A stretch of DNA of 62,925 nt, the filler included, from Collodictyon triciliatum (taxonomy: Eukaryota): assembly GCA_043381765.1 (NCBI GenBank). It is 7 parts of 7 records of this genome, joined end to end, with 100 filler letters (N's around TTAATTAATTAA, not from the genome) between each part and the next. Parts side by side here need not be neighbours in the genome. Positions count along the whole stretch, not along the records: positions 51,797 to 59,119 come from JBHJMP010000097.1; positions 59,220 to 62,925 come from JBHJMP010000114.1; 5 more parts are not named here. The stretch is one strand, 5' to 3'. Below the pieces are notes generated by a model that was given only the letters and a program-made list of their open reading frames with translations, did not search any database and was not told the DNA's origin. Of this stretch, positions 54,901 to 62,925 are shown one piece after another. The translations under genes were made by a program, and so were the position numbers. How positions within the stretch are numbered: position 1 is the first letter of the stretch; every line of letters begins with the position of its first letter.

Positions 54901-57180
54901 NNNNNNNNNNNNNNNNNNNNNNNNNNNNNNNNNNNNNNNNNNNNNNNNNNNNNNNNNNNNNNNNNNNNTTTTCTTTTCTTTTCTTTTCTTTTCTTTTCTT
55001 TTCTTTTCTTTTCTTTTCTTTTCTTTTCTTTTCTTTTCTTTTCTTTTCTTTTCTTTTCTTTTTTTTTGGTGGTTAATATTTTGCTTTTTCTTTGTCTATA
55101 TGTTTCTTCCGCTTGTGTATCTCATTCATTTGATATAGGCTCACCACCAAACAACACAGGAAGGTGACGAAGTTTCCACACAACCATACTTCGCACGAAC
55201 TAGGATGGATAACCCACAGGGCAAACCCTTATTGAATGATGATGAATTAGTTGCAAATCGTATTAGAGATATAATGGATGGAATACACGAAGACCCAATA
55301 TTGGGTTTGTTAAAAAGTAACTCCCGACCGAATAGCCAGTCAGCACACCACGAGCCTCCGGTTAATGTACCCAAGGGGGATGTACGAGCCTCAATCCTTC
55401 TTTCTTTCTTTTTTTCTTTTTTTCATTTTTTCATTTTCTTTTTATTTATTTTTGTTATTTTCCTTTACAAGAAAAAAACATCAAGAAGAGAAAAACAGAT
55501 CATGATTAAGAACATTTATATTATGAACTCAGTTGCGCATTTACACACTATGATATATACACAAAGTTGTATTATACAGTTTTTTTTACTGAGCTACAAT
55601 ACGCTACTAGAACCAAGCATCACTAAAAACATCAAAAAATGACGAGAGGATACTTTCTCCTGCCAAGGAAATAAACTCATCAACCAACTCACAGAAGTTG
55701 CACAAAAATGCAGCAACAGTAGCACATGCCCATTCAAGAGACCCGATGGTGGACGATTTCTTCGATGCAGAGTTTGAAAGTCCGCCAAGAAAAGAATCTC
55801 GCGACAAATCCTTGGACTCCTGTTTGGAATCACATTCCAAGGGAGCTGTAACAAAGTTTATCGACGAACCAACCCAACGATACGAGCAAACAAATATTCC
55901 CAAGGTTTTATTCTTTCCTTTTCCTTTTCTTTTCTTTTTTCTATTTTCATGATATTTATAAGAGCAAGGAAGAAAAGAAAACGGACATCATCAGGTGGGT
56001 ATCTCATGTGTGTAATATAAGAATATCCTTACATCAAAATGAGTAGAGTGACAGATTTTCAAGCATAGAAACTCATCACCACACCATCCAGAACCCAGAG
56101 GCCAGACACGACCAAACCCTGCATTACAATGTCCAAGAGATACAGCAGCGAACACTGGACTCAGCCAGGCAGCTTAAAAGCGAAGGGATTGGGCAAAGCC
56201 AGAGAGAATTCCGGTCGCTGCGAAGCTCGCAGCAAAACCCGAGCGCACCGCGACGAGCTAAAAAGCGCAAGGTGTCTGCAACATGCTTCGACCTTGCATC
56301 TGTGGATATGTACGCGTATGTCCCACTGGCCGAGAATCTTTGGGGGAGTCTGAACGAGGACGGACACGGGCAGGAATGTGAGAGCGGCGCAGCAGAGCCG
56401 AGAGCCCAGCGACAATCGCACATTCAGGACGTTCGTGTGGTTGGGCGCCTCGATTCCCCAGACGTTTTCATCGTGCAGCTCCTCTCCAGAGACGGCGCCC
56501 TTCTGTGCTGCGTGAATGTCTGCCGAATCCACGAGCGGCAGGTCTTTGCCTCGTACGCCACACGACTGCCTACGGCTCTGCAGCCCTTGCGCCCTGCACT
56601 TGTGCTGGACAGAGAAGTCTGCGGGTTGCAGGGCCCGGACTCGCTCGGATGGATAACACGATGGGCGTGGCTATGGGCCGCACACGGGTTCGACCTGCAA
56701 GTCAGCCACAGCCACAGCCACAGCCACAGCCATAGCCATAGCCACAGCCACAGCCACATTGCCGGTGAAGATGCAGATGCAGACGAGGCAACTGTCGCAG
56801 TCTCGAAGCTGGCCACAGACGTCAAGGGCTACGGGCTTCAGCAGGTCGCACAGGTTTTGCAGAGGGTCTGGCATCTCGTGCGCCAGGACTCCCGCCTCCT
56901 CGCAGCTGACTCGCTGGACGCTGCCCAAAGAGCGTCTCTGGTGCTGAGCACTCGCCCGCAGATGCTGGACTCGTATCTCCGCGCAAAGGCCAGGGATGAA
57001 GCGCAAACGCAGCGCTCACACACGCATGAGCAGGTCCGCGACTTGGTGCTGGCTTTTGTTCGGCAGGCCGATGGTGCGGCAGCCTCGGACTTGGCCGGAA
57101 TGATGTGTCTCCACGGCCACCACGTCTTCCGCCCGCTGTGCAGCCTTCAGTTTGCATCCAACCAGCCCTCTGATTTGTAG
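51985..57180 (+). CDS. PMS1: MutL homologue of the PMS1/Mlh2 (non-endonuclease) type; first exon(s) missing
   Basis: NSLDSGA, VRDDGPGI, TSKL, GFRGEAL, GTTV..F.NLPVR, INERPV and DVNISPNKR. The C-terminal domain lacks DQHA(X)2E(X)4E (NVCRIHERQVF) and ends in CLHGHHVF. Confidence 0.75.
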
Positions 57181-57502
57181 CTTGTTTCGCACCTTTCTGG
57201 TGCTCTGGGTGTGGCTTCTGTCTTTGGAGGTGTTTGTATGCATTTTTTTTGTCTTTGTTTTTTTTTCTTGCTTTGTCTTATTTATTTTACTACTTTATCG
57301 TTTGGTTTACTTGTTTTGCTTGTTGTTATTATTTTCATAAATAAGATGCGTTTGACTGCCCCTTTGTGCGCTGATACAGGCTCTGCATTCCAAATGCCCA
57401 TTTTGCCTTGTTTCAGATGAATATGTTTTGTTCTTTTAATCGGTTGTTTTTTTGTTCTTCCCCTACCTTTATTCATGTTAGAGCCTGCAGCATTTGTGCG
57501 GT

Positions 57503-58979
57503 TTATTTGGACGTAAACTTTTTCATAACAGACTGCAGAATGCGTGCATCATTTCCAATGCTGTTTGCCAACACAGAAATGCTGTCGGAGCCTGTCAGGA
57601 CTTCGATTGTTTGTGTGTATGGGTTGTATCGCACGGAAAACGGGCGGTTGAGGGTCTCGCCAAATTGAATCATTTGCTCCTACAGCAATATTTGTGTNNN
57701 NNNNNNNNNNNNNNNNNNNNNNNNNNNNNNNNNNNNNNNNNNNNNNNNNNNNNNNNNNNNNNNNNNNNNNNNNNNNNNNNNNNNNNNNNNNNNNNNNNNN
57801 NNNNNNNNNNNNNNNNNNNNNNNNNNNNNNNNNNNNNNNNNNNNNNNNNNNNNNNNNNNNNNNNNNNNNNNNNNNNNNNNNNNNNNNNNNNNNNNNNNNN
57901 NNNNNNNNNNNNNNNNNNNNNNNNNNNNNNNNNNNNNNNNNNNNNNNNNNNNNNNNNNNNNNNNNNNNNNNNNNNNNNNNNNNNNNNNNNNNNNNNNNNN
58001 NNNNNNNNNNNNNNNNNNNNNNNNNNNNNNNNNNNNNNNNNNNNNNNNNNNNNNNNNNNNNNNNNNNNNNNNNNNNNNNNNNNNNNNNNNNNNNNNNNNN
58101 NNNGAAGCTTTCTGCCACAAAGTAGATGGGCTGGTAGGTGGTGATGGGATACGGCTGAGTTCCCGTCACAAACGGATCAAAAGGCTTCAGAACCGGCTCC
58201 TTTGACTGGCAATACTGCAAAGCGGCGGGCAACACAGTGTCAGCAAGTGCATCGCACCCCACAGGGCAAAGGACTGGGCACTGTGAAAGCAAAGTAAAAC
58301 CACAAGGGAAACAATACCTCCAGCTCTCCAAAGCTCGACAACAGCCCGGCGCCGTAAGCCCGCAACTGGTTCTCCTGCTTGCACAGCCCAAACTCAACGG
58401 TGAACCAGTAGCACTGCCGGCAGATATGGACATGCATACACACAAATGGTTGGTTAGCTGCATCCATGGGATGGTGGCAAGACGGCATGAAATATAATTG
58501 TAGCGTCTCAAGGTCTTCTACTTCTTTTTTTCTTTGGTTGGTGGGTTGAGCGAATGATTAGTGCGGTAAAAAGAGAGAAAATAAGCGGGGACGCACAGTG
58601 GCCAGCTTGTTGATGTCCTCGTCACTGACGCCCAGAGATGCCAATCCAATGGCCTGGCTGAAGTCGGCAAAGTCAGGGTCGGCATAGAGTGGCACATGAC
58701 CGAGAAGTTCGTGGCAGATATCACTGTAGAGTGGGCAGAGTTTGTTTCCATCACGTGAGAAGAAATAATTAGCGTGAAAGAAAAAAAAGTTAGAGGAAAG
58801 AATATATTTCATCGGTGCGATGGCTTTGGTAATGGATATTCACGGTTCAGGTGTGTAGAGCGGGGTGGAGTGGTGGCGGATGTACTGCGTGGAGTGGAAG
58901 ACCCGGAAAGCTAGTCCGTTCAGAAAGTCACGAGAGGAGAGGAGTCCGGCAACTGGGCGAATGGTAAATCCTGTGGATT
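57503..58979 (-). CDS. PAH: Aromatic amino-acid hydroxylase, most likely phenylalanine-4-hydroxylase; 3' part only
   Basis: [76 protein letters not shown] and [17 protein letters not shown]. Stop at 57503. Confidence 0.92.
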
Positions 58980-59344
58980 CTGAAAAAGGTCTTTGTTACT
59001 TGGATAAATGGATGAATGGATGAATGGATGAATGGATGAATGGATGAATGGATGAATGGATGAATGGATGAATGGATGAATGGATGAATGGATGAATGGA
59101 TGAATGGATAAATGGATGANNNNNNNNNNNNNNNNNNNNNNNNNNNNNNNNNNNNNNNNNNNNTTAATTAATTAANNNNNNNNNNNNNNNNNNNNNNNNN
59201 NNNNNNNNNNNNNNNNNNNTTTTGGTTTTTTGGTTTTTTGGTTTTTTGGTTTTTTGGTTTTTTGGTTTTTTGGTTTTTTTGGTTTTTTGGTTTTTTTGGT
59301 TTTTTGGTTTTTTGATAGGCGAGGTGGCTAGTGGGGCGTGTCTA

Positions 59345-61007
59345 CCATATTTTTTTCTTTGGGCTCCTCATAAGGGTCGGTGCAGAATCGACCCATCCCT
59401 TCTTTGTAGAGAAATATTTTCAAGGGCTCACAAGACATGATAAGAGCATATATTCGCATATCAAACTTGTATCCATCGATCAACAAAGGCTTTCTGACGT
59501 ATTCTTGGGCCACTGCACTCATGAAGACACCACTTTCAGGGATATTCAGGTCGTCAAACTAGGTCGTAATTTTTAATGACTTGAATTGGGTTTGTTATTC
59601 TATTTAATTTTATTTGGTAATGTATGATTACCCTTCTTCGCTGAAGCCTTTTTTTATAACATGAATAGAATAAAACATCACCTATTTTCATAGGAAAATA
59701 CAAATATAACAAAACTGAAAAAAAAAACCGGAATATAAATGTGACGAATCTGAAATATTAGTATCCTACCTTTCTCACGAGATAGATTCCTCTTCCTTGT
59801 GAACCTGCGTCAGGTTTTACAATATATACCCTTTTCTTCTTTCCACAAAGAACTTTTTTGAACTGTTGCAACCTGAATCAACACCACAAATGAAAGAATG
59901 TATTGACTATCTTGTATGGGTAGTATCTAGTTCATGTTTGGAATATAATAATAATGATAATAATAATAATAATTAGGGAAAATTATACTCTTGTGGAAGC
60001 AACCATGTCTTCGGTGTTATATTGTAATCATGGGGAAAAACTTTTTCCATTCTACGCAAGTTTCTTGCCATGTTCACTTTTCTGGAGATTTCAATTGTGC
60101 CGGGAAAATGATTGATTTTCTAAACAACAATCAGTGACACGTGATTGGGGGAAATGATGTAATGAGACATACTGTCCAGGAAAAGGAGTGAAAAGGAAAA
60201 GTATTTACAAGAAAAAGACATAAGAATATAATAACGTATGAATTATGACAATATGTTCATATAATGAATTATTGCAAAGATTGGAATATAGAGTAAATAG
60301 AAAAAAAGGAATGTATTCGCAAAGAAAAGTAATCAAACTAGAGAAGATGAGCATCTTGAATAACATATAAGGGGAGAGAGAGAGAGAGAGGAGAAAGGAG
60401 TACCTGATATCTTTTCAAATTCATCACTCTTTCAGTTGAAACAGATGTATCAGTCCAATAAAGTACCCAGTCCTCGTCGTCTCCTACTTCCTTCCAACCC
60501 ATTGCCGCTATACTACGACGTACTGCAAATAGTGTAAAAAAAATGTAGCTTCATCAATACCAGATGTAAAATATAGATTATTTTGGCATAAATATCGAGA
60601 CCACAGCTATACTATATCACACTCTATACTATTTGATACGATTAAAAAAAATGATGAAAAACTAGAGCTGTACTAAAAAAAGTATGAGGGATTTAGATCC
60701 ACCTTATAATATAATAGTAAGATTCCATCTAAAGCTGGACATAAAAATAACAAACCCCCCCCCCCCCCCCCCCCCCCCCCCCTCACCTGAAATCGCCACG
60801 AATCTGAGATTAATCGCCAGGTAAGAAAGCGATGCCACCTGCTGGATACACCACGCGGGAATGCGGGAAGCCGTGCTCTTTTTATTAGACTCTTGCGAAT
60901 ACACGANNNNNNNNNNNNNNNNNNNNNNNNNNNNNNNNNNNNNNNNNNNNNNNNNNNNNNNNNNNNNNNNNNNNNNNNNNNNNNNNNNNNNNNNNNNNNN
61001 NNNNNNA

Positions 61008-61095
<88 letters not shown>

Positions 61096-62164
61096 AAAGA
61101 AAAGAAAAAATAGAAGGGAAAAAGAAGGAAAAGGAAGGAGAAAAGAAGGGGAAAAGAAGGGGAAAAGAAGGGGAAAAGAAGGGGAAAAGAAGGGGAAAAG
61201 AAGGGAAAAAGAAGGGAAAAAGAAGGGAAAAAGAAGGGAAAAAGAAGGGAAAAAGAAGGGAAAAAGAAGGGAAAAAGAAGGGGAAAGGAAGGGAAAAGGA
61301 AGGGAAAAGGAAGGGAAAAGGAAGGGAAAAGGAAGGGGAAAAAGAAGGGGAAAAAGAAGGGGAAAAAGAAGGGGGAAAAGAAGGGGAAAAGAAGGGGAAA
61401 AGAAGGGGAAAAGATGGGGAAAAGATGGGGAAAAGAAGGGGAAAAGAAGGGGAAAAGAAGGGGAAAAGAAGGGAAAAAGAAGGGGAAAAGAAGGGAAAAA
61501 GAAGGGAAAAAGAAGGGAAAAAGAAGGGAAAAAGAAGGGGAAAAGAAGGGGGAAAGAAGGGAAAAAGAAGGGGAAAAGAAGGGGGAAAGAAGGGGAAAAG
61601 AAGGGGAAAAGAAGAAAAAAAGAATAGAAGGGAAAGAAGGAAAAGAAGAAGAATAAAAAGAAAAGCTGGAGCCAGCGCTGCACTGACCCTCTTGGGCCCC
61701 GCATCTGCCTTTGGGATCAGACGGAGGGACTTTGACTTTGCCACGCGAGCGAGTGCCGGCTCGTCCCCACGGACCTCGTCGTCCTCGTTGCTGTTATCGT
61801 TGTCGCCTTCCTCGTCCGCCTCCGCCTCGTCCGCCTCGTCCGCCTCCTCATCGCCCTCTGCGCCGCCACCGATGCTGCTGCAGACGCGACGGCCCCCGGG
61901 CGGGCGGACAAACGGGGTGATGAGCGACTGCGTGTTGGGCGGCGCGCGGGGCAGCGGCCGGGGCACCAGCTTCCGGGCCCCCGTCTGGGATCCGCTGTCC
62001 GAGCGCCCCGATCCGCTGTCCGAGCCTGCCTCGCTGCCGGAGTCGCTGCCCGGCCCCGCTCTCTCCGCCCTGCCGCTCGATGCCATCGGCCGCTGCGCTC
62101 CTCTCTGCTTCCCTGCGCTTGCTTTGCGTGAGACTCTTGCGCTCGCCCGCGCGTGTTGATTCAT
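59345..62164 (-). CDS. Tubulin polyglutamylase, TTLL6/TTLL13-like; 3' end truncated
   Basis: WVLYWTD, KINHFPG, PKTWLLP, YIVKPDAGSQGRGI and QEYVRKPLLIDGYKFDMRIYAL...LYKEGMGRFCT. Probable ATG at 62164 opens a GC-rich first exon. Confidence 0.9.
61007..61660 (+). repeat. Near-pure polypurine tract: (AAAG)n followed by (AAGGGGAAAAG)-like repeats, in the first TTLL intron
   Basis: About 650 bp that is almost entirely A/G. Confidence 0.9.
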
Positions 62165-62189
62165 CTCTGGCAGACACAACGCGCTCTCT

Positions 62190-62345
62190 AATGGTCTTTG
62201 GCGCATCAGTGTCAAACTATTTAAATTCACCAGAAGGGGTATCCCAATCTTTCGACTGGTAAACCTGGTGTGCTAGTCTCCAAGGTCTCACCACTTCTTT
62301 CGTAAAGACTGTGTAGTGGTGAACGCTGCCAGGAAAGACCCAACA
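62190..62345 (-). ncRNA. Putative Fanzor omegaRNA scaffold and transposon 3' end
   Basis: Directly 3' of the Fanzor ORF. Minus-strand stems: UCACCACU/AGUGGUGA (62322-62288) with inner UCUUU/AAAGA; CACCAG/CUGGUG (62270-62228) enclosing CCAGUC-GAAA-GAUUGG; GGUCUUU (62340-62334) can pair with AAAGACC (62199-62193). Confidence 0.6.
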
Positions 62346-62353
62346 GCCTGTTT

Positions 62354-62826
62354 TTAAAAGAAAGGTGTATGCATTATTGAAAGGATTAAAAGAGCTTTGC
62401 TGAGTATATCATTATCGCTGTTTAAGTTCCTTGTCAAGAATACACTTTGTTTGCTTTCTGAGCGATTGCATTCTTTACATATGAGATTTCTATACACCTC
62501 TTTTGAATTTCCTTTCTGTTTTATATATTCCAGTTCCTTTTCGCAGTTGCAGCACATCTTGGAAGTTTTCAATTCATTTACACGTACTGTTTCAATTCGT
62601 TTGAATAGTATATTTTTCGTTATCCTCTTCCGGTTGTTGGCATAAAATGGTTCATCTGAGAATTTTTGCTCCAGTCTCCATACGCCAGTACAACGTCCTT
62701 GCCGAATGTCTTTTCGATTTAGCCCATAAACAATCGCTTCACTTCTTTTTGTATTAGCATACTGCCTCCATCTCATCTTTCGAAAAGTTACTTGTTTATA
62801 AAATCTGGAAAATTCTATGTGGTATC
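62354..62826 (-). pseudogene. Fanzor1-type (TnpB-derived) RNA-guided nuclease, C-terminal RuvC/zinc-finger fragment; frameshifted and 5'-truncated
   Basis: FYKQVTFRKMRWRQY...RSE, then a shifted frame IEKTFGKDVVLAYGDWSKNSQMNHFMPTTGRG*RK, then VNELKTSKMCCNC...LICKEC...TRNLNS (RuvC-II Glu, Cys4 finger, RuvC-III Asp changed to Asn). Intronless. Confidence 0.85.
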
Positions 62827-62871
62827 TTTTTTTTTCCTTTATTCGATTCAAAGTGTAGCGAGGTTATGCCA
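62827..62871 (-). mobile_element. Ultra-short retroposon-like element, full-length copy abutting the Fanzor fragment
   Basis: Exact 36-nt core plus A9 on the minus strand. No flanking TSD found. Confidence 0.85.
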
Positions 62872-62925
62872 TACAAAGGGGCGGGATGGGAGCGCATGGG
62901 AGAGAGCAAACGCGAGTAGGAGAAG

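Noticed and set aside
60673-61704. Long ORFs rich in Lys/Glu/Gly or Phe/Ser/Pro (also at 2733-2996, 24913-25176 and 29608-30052)
   Set aside because: They are translations of intronic or intergenic microsatellites, not genes.
62354-62826. A domesticated nuclease-dead Fanzor acting as a TldR-like regulator
   Set aside because: Frameshifts, an internal stop and loss of the N-terminal half point to simple decay.

Overview
Intron-dense, microsatellite-rich eukaryotic (probably protist) DNA. It is not one locus: six 100-nt N spacers carrying TTAATTAATTAA join seven separate scaffolds. Recognisable host genes are KDM5/JARID1, a probable transmembrane cyclic-nucleotide phosphodiesterase (5' part), an S9A oligopeptidase, a THH1/TOM1-like membrane protein, a guanylate-binding protein, a Naa50-like GNAT, an Atg22-like MFS transporter, a Kelch-DH-PH-MORN protein, an arrestin-fold protein, HFM1/MER3, a PMS1-type MutL homologue, phenylalanine hydroxylase and a TTLL6/13-like glutamylase. 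Three mobile-DNA signals stand out. (1) A dispersed ultra-short retroposon-like family (36-nt core TGGCATAACCTCGCTACACTTTGAATCGAATAAAGG plus an A tail, about 10 copies) with 16-18 bp target-site duplications and 5' truncations. (2) A decayed Fanzor1-type RuvC gene with a structured omegaRNA-like 3' region, just upstream of the TTLL start. (3) An L1/Tx1-like zf-RVT fragment. All calls come from reading the sequence by eye; exon limits are approximate and no database search was run.
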